Positions 54,701 to 62,487 are shown, counted from the stretch's first letter. The stretch: DNA of 64,000 nt from Mytilus californianus (GCF_021869535.1 NW_026262723.1:23002001-23066000); one strand, 5' to 3'. A program made the numbers and translations. Notes: generated by a model not told the origin, from the sequence alone.

Positions 54701-57326
54701 ACCCATTATATTAAATGGTAGTTCGAGGTTTATGTCATCCATGTATGAGTTCAAACTCTGATTTAAATGTTCTTTTAATTCGTTTTAAATCTTTATTCTT
54801 TCTTACAATGACAACAAAGTGTGGAAGTCATACTAAAAATCAATTAAACAGCAATTTTCTTGGAAATGAATGTCTCGTATTGATATTTGCTGTACATCCG
54901 GGCTTTTTCTATACTACCGGAAGTAATCAACTTTTATGCATTTATTAAGATTTGTTCTTGAAGAGTAATGTTATGATAAATAAATTCTTCGATTCTCGTC
55001 CCACGGCACTATGACGTTATACAATCTATGACGTATTGTCTATAAAAGCAGCTTAATTCCTACCGTGCATGGATATATGACGTTATTCCCCACTATCTAT
55101 TTATAAATTTATAATTAAGTCAGCCATACTGAGATAAATAAATTCTATGCGACAAGTGTTCCTGTAACTTGATAAAACTTCAATGTTTCGATTAGTATTA
55201 TAAAGGCATAATTAAGTCGCAAAATGCTATTATCAGAAAGTAATTAACGACAAAATTAAACTCGGTAAACCGATCATACTATGAGATATATTTCAAAACC
55301 TGGAGACAAGCTTAAAAATTATAAGGCGGTTTGGCTTTGGAAAAAAATAGATCATTAACTCCATATTTTTCTATAAAACAGTGATAATAGATAAGCGATG
55401 CCAAATTCAATATTTTGATTGATCAGGTACGGTCGAAATCTGAATAATTTCTGAAAAGTGCAAAATACTTAAAAAATGGAAACTTCTAAAAAATAAACAG
55501 GCAATTATTAGAATAAAAAACATGAAAAAAAACCTGAATAGCATTTAAAAAAAGGTTAAGACATCAAATATCCGTACACCAACTTACATAACACGACAAA
55601 GATAACGAAATAGGATATAAAACAGGCAACCGATGGGAATATGGGTGTTTACGGCAGATCTTTGATAGTATACGTTATTTATTCGCCTCGTTTACGATTT
55701 TGAGCTATCGTATATATACACTTTTACTTTACTCGTTTTCTATGCATGTATGTTCGTTTCTGTACGTTTCGTTAATCATTGCTAAAACACTATGTAATTC
55801 TCAATTCAACACGAAATTCCTTTGACAATACACTTTCGCTAATAGTATAGTTTTTAAAAACAGTTTCAACTTTCAGTTTGATCAGCGGTGTTTCTTTTAT
55901 GCCAAAACACCATATGCAGAACGACACCAACAAAACAAAGTAAATATGTATAACGATAATATTTGCAATCTAATTATAAATCGATATAATTAACTGACTA
56001 TGTAAATATGTTAGCGACAAAAAATAGCCATTCATCATGAAACAGAACAATTCATCTGTCGGATCATTTTAATTTGATTATGAAATTTCTGATGTCATAT
56101 AATTATATTGAATCTTTTTGATAATCAGAACAACCTTTGAAACACGTTTTCCATTCCCCAAGGGTATTAACACAAAAAAAGTCAATATAGCAAAATTAGG
56201 AGATTCGGTTTGATTGTAAATGAGACAACTATCCACCAGAGACCAAATGACGTGAATGTAAGCATCTACAGGTCATCGTAAGACCTTCAATTTATAGTAT
56301 ATTACAAAATTGCCGCAACGCAATTAAGATTTGTCACGTCACCATAGAGTAATGATGACGTGAAAAGAACAGAATCTTTTGCCATTATTTAAGAATGAAA
56401 ATAAGTTCAGATCCTGGCAAACCGCAAAGGGTTGCAAACAGTTTTAAATAAGTAAAAGGACAGATAAAGATACCGATTTGTCAAATCAAAGTGATTGTTA
56501 TCTGAATTTTTGTATAATATCCAATATTACAATGACGGCACGGGTGCCTTAAACTGGATGCCTTAAAACATATGAAATAATATCCGATTGGATACAAAAG
56601 AGGCGGACGGAGCCCAGGGGACTTTTAAAACTCTAAAGCGGAACAAAAACTAACAACACAATGGCGAAAAACGACGAAAAGACAAACAAATCTACAACAC
56701 ACTATATAGAAACTTAAGCCTGAGCAACATATAACATGTTTTGTGTGACAATCATCATCCGATGCACTCGAAAATTTTGCAGTACAAAAAAAATTAACAT
56801 TGAAGAGCATAAAAACCAGATCAAAAACCAGATCCGAAGTCTACAAGCTTCCAATTTTTGGTAAAAATATACAATAAAAATCACATAAATACTACGTGTG
56901 ATGATTAAATCAAATTTATACGTACCATTTCAAGTACCTCTGCTTCGAGTTGTACAAAGGCGTCTGATGTGACATTCAAAAGATCATTGTGCCATTCTAT
57001 ACCCTGTATGATTTTCAAGCTTCCTCTGTGTCCTGGACTAATGGTCGTCTCTGCCTGTCGTTTTCTGCGCTTATGAAGATGGTGGTACTCCTTTTCTGGG
57101 ACGTCATATTCTGTTTCGTAACCGTTTGGAATTTTCACATTCTGTACAAATTCATAAATAACATTTTCCCATCCTGTTTTGGATGTTCGGAAGTCATTTG
57201 AATATTTACTGTCGTTGTAATCAATTGTATTGTCAATTTCTAGAGAGTTGTGATTTTTTGAAAGCTTTATCAATTCTGTTTCTCTTGATGACTTCTCTTG
57301 AGATTCATTTTCTGCTTTGTTACCAT
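271..57326 (-). CDS. Multi-exon gene, open at the 3' end and uncertain at the 5' end: giant polycystin-1/REJ-family-like protein with SEA-mucin-SEA-EGFx11-SEA-EGF-PKD-REJ ectodomain (about 8,000 aa in window)
   Basis: 28 exons read by eye with GT-AG boundaries. Phases join in frame throughout, except one missing phase 0-to-2 exon inside SEA1. Domains were recognised by motif: SEA G-S-I-x-V, cbEGF D-I/V-N/D-E-C, PKD FGDG/WDLGD, REJ N-x-PP-x-GG-x-C. Confidence 0.9.
680..722. repeat. (AAT)n microsatellite (a second degenerate tract at about 1030-1080)
   Basis: taataataatactaataataataataataata. Confidence 0.85.
725..1030 (+). mobile_element. Foldback/MITE-like element: about 75-bp imperfect palindrome (725-879) plus tail
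   Basis: Arms taaggaatgactgtaatattttttctgtctat... / ...atagacagaaaaaatattaaagtcatttctta. Second copy inverted at 19744-20041. Confidence 0.8.
1146..1316 (-). CDS. Exon, REJ module (not in ORF track)
   Basis: ttttcag|GG..TCAG|gtataa, phase 1-1. Peptide (G)[56 protein letters not shown](G). Confidence 0.9.
1690..1870 (-). mobile_element. Retrozyme-like repeat fragment
   Basis: Similar to the copies at 58810-59340. Contains a hammerhead-like motif at 1730-1771. Confidence 0.6.
1730..1771 (-). ncRNA. Type I minimal hammerhead-ribozyme-like motif (atypical stem II)
   Basis: GCGTTC-CTGATGA-AGGTAAATCCA-GAAA-AGCTCT-TC-GGACGC. Stem I GCGUUC/GGACGC pairs, and the CUGAUGA and GAAA core elements are intact. 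Confidence 0.55.
2049..2224 (-). CDS. Exon, REJ module
   Basis: tttgcag|T..GCAG|gtacac, phase 2-1. Peptide (N)[37 protein letters not shown]...LTEA. Confidence 0.9.
2814..5435 (-). CDS. 2.6-kb exon: several PKD repeats and start of REJ module
   Basis: tttttaag|A..ATTAA|gtaagt, phase 2-2, 874 codons. PKD-type motifs INFGDG, YSIGDG, WDLGNN, WDLGDN, then [10 protein letters not shown]... to GDPPTLII. Confidence 0.92.
5510..5650 (+). repeat. Interspersed repeat (aaatgcctgtaccaagtcaggaatatg...ccattcgtttg family)
   Basis: Related copies at about 14390-14550 and 17465-17630. Confidence 0.75.
5835..6415 (+). mobile_element. 3' non-coding tail of a Penelope-like retroelement
   Basis: Reverse-complement match to 23793-24400, which lies directly downstream of the RT remnant at 24547-25015. 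Confidence 0.75.
6585..7275. mobile_element. 691-bp non-autonomous DNA transposon with TTAA TSD (Kolobok-like termini AG...CT)
   Basis: TTAA|AGGGGCACTAG ... CTAGTGCCCCT|TTAA. Confidence 0.8.
7430..7872 (+). mobile_element. Helentron-type non-autonomous element (HINE/DINE-like) with 159-bp internal repeats and a (GGAC)n microsatellite
   Basis: 5' TGTCCCCCGC is complementary to 3' GCGGGGGACA. There is a 3' hairpin, and repeat units start at 7469 and 7628. Confidence 0.75.
7928..8138 (-). CDS. Exon, first PKD domain
   Basis: atttcag|TA..CATCA|gtaaga, phase 1-2. Peptide ...[27 protein letters not shown]...WTFSH(Q), which joins [12 protein letters not shown] of the next exon. Confidence 0.9.
8768..8914 (-). 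CDS. Exon, calcium-binding EGF after SEA3
   Basis: Phase 1-1, donor gtaaga. Peptide (D)[48 protein letters not shown]. Confidence 0.92.
8941..9420 (-). mobile_element. Partial copy of the Penelope-like 3' tail
   Basis: Matches 23970-24490 in the same orientation. Confidence 0.7.
10254..10470 (-). mobile_element. Retrozyme-like repeat fragment
   Basis: Contains a hammerhead motif at 10282-10325. Degenerate pieces of the same family lie at about 19585-19640 and 44270-44340. Confidence 0.65.
10282..10325 (-). ncRNA. Type I minimal hammerhead ribozyme, mutated core
   Basis: GCGTCA-CTGATGG-GTCT(TATGT)AGAC-GAAA-CGCACG-TC-TGGCGT. Stems I and II pair and the triplet is GUC, but core A9 is G. Confidence 0.65.
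10713..10920 (-). CDS. Exon, SEA3 C-terminal part
   Basis: cacacag|CTA..CAGG|gtatgc, phase 0-1. Peptide [32 protein letters not shown]... Confidence 0.88.
11179..11306 (-). CDS. Exon, SEA3 N-terminal part (not in ORF track)
   Basis: ttcgtag|AT..TCC|gtaagt, phase 1-0. Peptide (D)[42 protein letters not shown]. Confidence 0.88.
11480..11948. mobile_element. MITE copy 1 (469 bp including TA flanks)
   Basis: TA|GGTGTAATACCACCA ... TGGTGGTATTACACC|TA. Confidence 0.88.
12847..13315. mobile_element. MITE copy 2, same length and orientation as copy 1 and apparently identical
   Basis: Same TIRs and TA flanks. No difference found by eye. Confidence 0.88.
14632..14751 (-). CDS. EGF exon 11 (cbEGF)
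   Basis: (D)[39 protein letters not shown], phase 1-1, donor gtatgt. Confidence 0.92.
   Translation of the reverse strand, partial: TLTNVRRALVHCTLTVPTQRETIGVDVMMDSIKRMISLV
15237..16152 (+). mobile_element. Helentron-type element with three 167-bp tandem units and a nested MITE
   Basis: 5' TGTCTCGC / 3' GCGAGACA, 3' hairpin CTGCGAC..GTTGCAG, units starting at 15322, 15489, 15656 and 15823. Confidence 0.75.
15829..15996. mobile_element. 168-bp MITE with TA TSD, nested in the element above
   Basis: TA|CACCTTATCGCTATT ... AATAGCAATAAGGTG|TA. Confidence 0.8.
16188..16304 (-). CDS. EGF exon 10 (cbEGF)
   Basis: (D)[38 protein letters not shown], phase 1-1. Confidence 0.92.
16628..16744 (-). CDS. 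EGF exon 9 (cbEGF)
   Basis: (D)[38 protein letters not shown], phase 1-1. Confidence 0.92.
16988..17104 (-). CDS. EGF exon 8 (cbEGF)
   Basis: (D)[38 protein letters not shown], phase 1-1, donor gtgagt. Confidence 0.92.
18108..18224 (-). CDS. EGF exon 7 (cbEGF)
   Basis: (D)[38 protein letters not shown], phase 1-1. Confidence 0.92.
18888..19004 (-). CDS. EGF exon 6 (cbEGF)
   Basis: (D)[38 protein letters not shown], phase 1-1, donor gtaagt. Confidence 0.92.
19241..19360 (-). CDS. EGF exon 5 (cbEGF)
   Basis: (D)[39 protein letters not shown], phase 1-1. Confidence 0.92.
19744..20041 (-). mobile_element. Second copy of the foldback element at 725-1030
   Basis: Tail and palindrome (19888-20041) in reverse orientation. 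Confidence 0.8.
20294..20410 (-). CDS. EGF exon 4 (cbEGF)
   Basis: (D)[38 protein letters not shown], phase 1-1. Confidence 0.92.
20876..20998 (-). CDS. EGF exon 3 (cbEGF)
   Basis: (D)[40 protein letters not shown], phase 1-1. Confidence 0.92.
21748..21864 (-). CDS. EGF exon 2 (cbEGF)
   Basis: (D)[38 protein letters not shown], phase 1-1. Confidence 0.92.
22496..22609 (-). CDS. EGF exon 1 (lacks the calcium-binding consensus)
   Basis: (I)[37 protein letters not shown], phase 1-1, donor gtaaga. Confidence 0.9.
23793..25015 (-). mobile_element. 5'-truncated Penelope-like retroelement: RT C-terminal remnant (about 24547-25015) plus 3' tail
   Basis: Frameshifted peptides [17 protein letters not shown]..[64 protein letters not shown]. 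Confidence 0.78.
25073..25138 (-). CDS. Short Thr/Pro linker exon
   Basis: ttttataag|AA..TACA|gtaagt, 66 nt, phase 1-1. Peptide (E)[21 protein letters not shown]. Confidence 0.75.
26002..26147 (-). CDS. Exon, SEA2 C-terminal part
   Basis: tttatag|A..ATAG|gtaaga, phase 2-1. Peptide (E)[30 protein letters not shown]...TSFI. Confidence 0.9.
26759..26826 (-). CDS. Exon, SEA2 middle part
   Basis: gtttcag|CTA..TTCGA|gtaagt, 68 nt, phase 0-2. Peptide [22 protein letters not shown]. Confidence 0.88.
27063..34588 (-). CDS. 7,526-nt exon: Ser/Thr/Glu-rich mucin ending in SEA2 N-terminal part
   Basis: ttttcag|AT..CAATTT|gtaagt, phase 1-0, open throughout (extends ORF 27045..34169). Ends [33 protein letters not shown]. 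Confidence 0.92.
28798..29651. repeat. Intra-exon direct duplication: 28798-29051 and 29398-29651 (254 bp, offset 600)
   Basis: 4 mismatches by eye. Peptide [16 protein letters not shown]...PDTSKTTSA occurs twice. Confidence 0.92.
35189..36400 (-). CDS. Mucin exon, 1,212 nt (3' boundary uncertain)
   Basis: actttcag|ACACCACT acceptor. The first phase-1-compatible donor before the in-frame stop is T|gtaggc (weak). Ser/Thr-rich. Confidence 0.65.
36893..37306 (-). mobile_element. 5'-truncated retroelement end, second family
   Basis: Decayed [16 protein letters not shown]..[12 protein letters not shown] peptide plus tail. Shorter tail copies at about 13360, 21365-21510, 56590-56730 and 59970-60120. 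Confidence 0.7.
39088..44124 (-). CDS. 5,037-nt mucin exon with hierarchical tandem repeats
   Basis: ttttgcag|TT..CAAG|gtattg, phase 1-1, 1,679 codons, open throughout. Confidence 0.92.
39421..40356 (-). repeat. Coding minisatellite, 13 x 72 bp ([24 protein letters not shown])
   Basis: Units start every 72 bp from 39421 to 40285 and are near-identical. Confidence 0.95.
40357..41620 (-). repeat. Coding 252-bp higher-order repeat (7 x 36-bp monomers)
   Basis: Landmark gacgtc(a/t)tacctg recurs at 40611, 40863, 41115 and 41367. Confidence 0.85.
44715..48923 (-). CDS. 4,209-nt mucin exon (Ser/Thr/Pro/Gln/Asp-rich)
   Basis: ctttcag|AT..ACAG|gtatgc, phase 1-1, 1,403 codons. Confidence 0.92.
45131..45325 (-). 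repeat. Coding minisatellite, 5 x 39 bp ([13 protein letters not shown])
   Basis: Units at 45131, 45170, 45209, 45248 and 45287. Confidence 0.92.
46700..47720 (-). repeat. Degenerate coding repeat of about 36 bp (xTRDQTTSxDx)
   Basis: Recurrent tgttgtttgatctcttgtgg, translating as TRDQTT. Confidence 0.8.
49195..49735 (+). mobile_element. Retroelement 3'-tail repeat, related subfamily
   Basis: Near-identical to 63690-64000, with shared motifs to the 5835-6415 family. Confidence 0.7.
50052..50212 (-). CDS. Exon, SEA1 C-terminal part (not in ORF track)
   Basis: tttgccag|G..TTTG|gtatgt, phase 2-1. Peptide [53 protein letters not shown]. Confidence 0.88.
51496..52680 (+). mobile_element. Decayed, internally deleted Tc1-family transposon
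   Basis: TA flanks and 25-bp TIRs matching 21/25. Broken HTH peptide [25 protein letters not shown] and C-terminal [40 protein letters not shown]. Confidence 0.88.
56926..57326 (-). CDS. Exon: pro-segment, KRRKR furin-type site, SEA1 N-terminal part
   Basis: ttttcag|AT..ATG|gtacgt, phase 1-0. Peptide ...[54 protein letters not shown]. Confidence 0.88.
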
Positions 57327-58080
57327 CTGAAAATGAATAAAGAATTGTAGTATTCTTATAATCACAATATTCACGGAGATTTTATAGTCAGTTTATTTTT
57401 TCCGAACATCTTGGTTCAGGTTTTTCATTTCGTATTCAATAGTATGAAAAGAGGAGAATATAACAAGGGGGGGGGGATTAAAACCTAAAATCGCGGGAAA
57501 ACCAACACTACTATAGACAAAAGATAAGGGAAAGCAGAAAAACAAGTCCACGAAACACTTAACATAAAGCCAAAGATTGAGAAACACGAACACTACCAAA
57601 AACCAGCGGTGAACACAAGTTCATGCTTTAACGTGTATTGACATAGTTTTGGGATTTCCATTTTCAATTGTCTCATTTCGTTTTTTAGTAAATTTTTCCT
57701 TTGAATTTCATTTCAAGTTTTACTTAAACGATAATTCAATCGAAATTTTCAATAAGATATTAGCTGTTTATTGTACAAAACGGAGCGTTTTTAAACCTAT
57801 TATTTCGTTTCGTTTTGTTTTTAGTTTTTTGTTTATATAGTTTTTTTAAACAGTGTAAATTTCTTTTATTTTTGTTTTTTGTATTTATTGTATACCCCCT
57901 CGTACATAAAAAAAAAAAACAAAAAGAAACAAAAACTAGTCATGTTTTCATAGTTGATGCTTAATTTGAAAACAAAATAAACTGGTTTATTCTAAAATTC
58001 CAAGATGAAAAACAAAATAAAAACTTCATTCCTAAATTTTTAAATTTAAAAAAAAAATTAAAATTAGAAAATTTTCAATT

Positions 58081-58258
58081 TGTTATGAAATTAACCAATC
58101 TATATGAAATGAGTTCTCCGCACTTGCTCCTCGTTTTCGTTTGGGTGTTTATATGTCGCGCTTTAGTTAGATCTCCCATGCGCGACGTATAAACAACCGA
58201 GTGAAAATGAGGAGCAAATGCGGAGAAAATTTTAATTAGATTGTTTAATTTCATAACA
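58081..58258. repeat. About 80-bp-arm imperfect inverted repeat with an 18-nt loop
   Basis: Arms 58081-58161 and 58180-58258. Confidence 0.88.
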
Positions 58259-58809
58259 CAAACCGGAATGGGCGAAATTTCTGAAGTATTTAAACATTTT
58301 AACGCAGCGGCACCCGCTAAAATGCATTTTGAGTTAAAGAAGTATCAATGACTTTTAAATTACACTTGACAATACTTCCAGTAATGATGTTTTTCGTATG
58401 TGTAACATAATTAGATTTAAACAATAATGGATAGATACGTATAAATATCTATTCTCAAATTAAAAGTCGTTAGGTGAGGGGTTAAGACTTGTTAAAACCA
58501 AGGAGGTTGTATGAGAAACAAACCCTCTTATTTGGTCATATGAGAGACATGCCTCTGTGAATTAAGACCATTTACTTAGACAGTCACTAGCTACTGATTA
58601 ACTTTTCAGGTATTATGTTTGAGATTACATACTGCAGCCTTGATATTATAACATCATTGTACATTCAAATAGATTTTTTCCCATAACAACTTGAAAATGT
58701 TGTTCCATTTCAAATAAGAAAAGAAATTTGACATTAATATTCTGCTTGACAGAATTTCGCATATATATGCTGTTTGTCAAAATGATAAATTAAACTACGG
58801 TTTAAACTT

Positions 58810-59340
58810 CCTCAGGCAAAGTTTACCTTCGGCGAATTTGGCTTTTCTTTTTATGTAACTTTTGATCACATAGCTCCTAGCGTTTCTACGTATTTATACA
58901 TCCCTGGCTTTCAAACGTTCGGATTTGAGCGTTCATGTTGAATGTAAATCAAGAAAACTTCGAACGCACGATATTCATTAATTGTTTTTTTTTTCTTCAT
59001 TGTAAAGATGTTTGGTCATTAGATGGGGGATTGTTTTCGTTTACTAGTAACTTTTAGTTCCCCAGCGGGTATCATCAGCTCCGCACTTAGTACTTCTGTA
59101 CTGACATGAACATTTTTTTTTCATAATATTCCCCGTTGATCAATCAAAAATACTAAGAAAGGAAGTTTACCTTAGATGATTCTGGTTATTCTTTTTAAGT
59201 TCCATTTGGTTATTGAAGTTCCTAACGTTTCCACATATATATATATATACATCCATGTCTTTCAAGCGTTTTTGTTTGGGCGTTCCTGATGAAGTTATAT
59301 CAAGAAAAATGTTTCGGACGCACGAAATTTATAAATTGTA
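58810..59340 (+). mobile_element. Tandem retrozyme-like units with two degenerate hammerhead-like motifs 351 nt apart
   Basis: Motifs start at 58929 and 59280. The landmark tatacatcc occurs at 58895 and 59246. Confidence 0.6.
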
Positions 59341-59599
59341 CAATTGGATGGTCAACATAAAAGCGAGTCATTTGTTGTTTTTCGCTTTTTATTGTTTTGT
59401 TGTTTTGTTTTGATAATTTAAAAATTTCCAAACTTTGTGATTAAATTTCTTCTGAGGCATGTTTTGATGTCTAATGTCAGTTGTTATATTTACCAAATAA
59501 ATACATGAAAATTTCACCAACTTATCACATTAATTCCATTCAAATTTTTCGACAATATAACATGTTTAAATATTTTTTTTGGAAGCATAAAGCCTTACT

Positions 59600-59753
59600 A
59601 AATAACAATAATCTGGTGTGTTTCCGGTTTCTAAATAACAATAATCTGGTATGTTTCCGGTTTCTAAATACAATAATCTGGTATGTTTCCGGTTTCTAGA
59701 TAACAATTATCTGGTATGTTTCCGGTTTCTAAATAAAAATATGGTATGTTTCT
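59600..59753. repeat. 33-bp minisatellite, about 4.7 copies
   Basis: aaataacaataatctggtatgtttccggtttct. Confidence 0.9.
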
Positions 59754-62487
59754 ACCATGTTGTAAGAAACAAGGTTGAAGAATACGCTTTCAGCACGAAA
59801 ACACGTGGAATAAAATGGCAAACACGTTGAACGAAAATGATGTTTTTTTAAACTTATTTATCCGTTCTTGTATGACTAAGCTTAGTATGAACTGATATAT
59901 ATATACATTTAAAACAGAAACATTCTTTTAATATAGATAACAACAAAATGTTATATTCAACTCTAAAAAAAAGAGTCGGAAGATACCATTGGGACATTCA
60001 AAACTCATAAGTCCAAGTAAAATTGACAAAGCCATGGCGAAAAACGAAGTCCACAAATCACTTCACAGAAAACTAAAGACAGAGCAATATGAACCCCACA
60101 ATAAACCGGGGGTGATCTCAGGGACATTGATCATGTACCTAAATGCTAATGGGTAGAGAGTTTAAGAATGTTGCCTCATCTTTACCTACAAACTATTTTT
60201 TAAAAGGAAAAAAATCTGAAGTTAGAATAAGTATGATTAACTCTAAGGAAGGCTGCACAAGTGAACAATGCACTTCAAATACTAGTAATTCACATTGCTC
60301 CATGCAAGAAATATCGTTCAAGCAAAGAAGAAAATTCCTGTTAGGAATGATAATTATACACAGCCACGCCAGGTAAGTTTCCGCTTGTTGTCAAATGGTA
60401 TAGTTGAGAAAAATACTAATATTCCTAAAGTTTTTTTTTATTCTAAGAGCTTTGTCGTGTTATTTTCTTGTACAAAACATTTCAGGAATTTCATAATCGA
60501 AACGGGAGAAAATAGAAGTAAAAAAACGTATGTTATATTCATGAGCTAAACAAGTGTTCATGGAATAATCTTCATAATGTAAACCGGTGCATTACATTCA
60601 CGCGCAAAAATCCTTACGTTTGCGCGCAGCTTTTGATTACATTTGCGTGCATTCGTTTTACTGGTAAACTAAGGTAAATTCAGATAGTAGTACATTTTGT
60701 TTTGAACTAGTACTAATTCATTTAACTATTTACGAGTACCCCCTCCGTTAGTCTATGTCTCCTTCTCACCACCATGTAAACTCAAGACAAAAGATTGGAT
60801 AGTAAAAAAAATGAGAGCATAAAAATCCAAAGGCCCATAACAGAACTGCAAATCTTCTAGTTAACTTTATCTGATGGATTTGCAACATTACTTTCATCAT
60901 AATTACATAAAATTGATAATCTGGAAATTATTTTGCAGACAAAATAAATCAAATGAAACAATCCAATTTATAAAAACACAAGAAACTAGGCAGGCTACTT
61001 TAAAATGATTTTTAAGTAATGCATTAATTCATTATTGTATTTCGAAAGTTGTATCGGAAATATTAACATTCATCGTTTAGATGATGGTAACCATTTCCAT
61101 CAAGTGTATTAAGGAAAGCTTAAAGATCTCTTAACTTAAACTAATAAAATTGAGAATTGTAAGTCTTGTCGATTTTAATAAGCATGCAATTATCGTACAT
61201 GTTATTTTATACTGTTGACACACAAATTCGTATGTAATGTTCCGTCAAAGTCACACCATCTTTATTTGCTTCATAATTATTCGTTTTCGAAAATTCCAAT
61301 ATTAAACCAGGAACACACAAAGCCAAATATGTCAACTTTGCACATGACATTTACCATAGCAATGAGGAATATATTTATTTTAAAATTATTTTAGGTGAAT
61401 ACTTTTTTGTTTATATTCATATGGATTTCATTAAAAACCAAATATAACATCACATGATTAACAAACAAGCAAAATCATGGTAAACGATTGAAATCAAAAC
61501 TAAGATGACAATACCGAATTGACAAGAAATTCCAATTCAAAAGCAAGAAGATGCGCATTCACAAACATAATTAACGCAGAACAAACGGTTGGAAAATAGA
61601 AACAAAATGTACATTATAATGATATTCAGAGATATACATTATTATTGGAGACAGTTTTGATACAACATCGCAAATTTTGTATTTATTTTGTTAAATTTTG
61701 GATTCAGGAACAGCTTAAACCAACATGAATAAACTTGTGTCTGAAATACAAAACCTACTTTACTTCAAATAGAATTTTGGTTTTAGTTATCTTGACTCAA
61801 TTGTATACTATAATATTGTTTCAGTTTTTAGTCATCTTTTGTCATTTAGAATTTGATAACATGTTCAAATACACCACAACGTTGTAAGAACCTCAAGGAA
61901 CACACAAGAAGCTGGACACTACATGCATTTTAGTAAAGATTGGAAGACGATATGAAAATGGCCACGGTGTGAAATAAATTCAGGTTAAATTGGCTCTACC
62001 TCTTTATCAAGGAAACTGAAGAAAAAATCACCAGACATGAAGAAGGAGATACCGTGAAGAGGTTTCAAATGTGCACTGTGGTTTTATCTTATTGTTGTGA
62101 CCGTGCAGTAAAACACTTCCATATACAATAAAACTACGCAATAAGATGGAGTTTTTAAATGTCAAGGATCATATTTGAAGTGCTTAAAGATACAGTCACG
62201 ATACTTTTCAAAAGATGATTTAATTGGATACTGAATCATTTATATTCTATTAACATTTTATTAGTTTTTTATCAAGGCGTTGAATTCGATTTGCAAAAAT
62301 ACATCTAGATGACCTTAGAGACAACTAAATCGGAATTCCAAAATTACTATTGGGACAATGCACGTGGGACAGTGCAAAACCAATGCAGATAAATTCGGAA
62401 AAGCAGAGATGCATAAATGATTAATGTAACAAGGACAATGATTGCAGTATGACTAAAATGAGTTACTATTAGGGACATGTTACTTAC

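Noticed and set aside
60770-60838. Alternative signal-peptide candidate MGLWIFMLSFF... with a GTGAGA donor
   Set aside because: It needs a 1-nt change in a T8 run or a weak purine-rich acceptor, and the segment resembles an interspersed repeat as I recall it (unverified).
60143-62061. Possible + strand gene: CAG|GTAAGT at 60373 and a phase-compatible exon 61984-62061
   Set aside because: The acceptor and second donor are weak, there is no recognisable protein motif, and isolated consensus donors are expected by chance.
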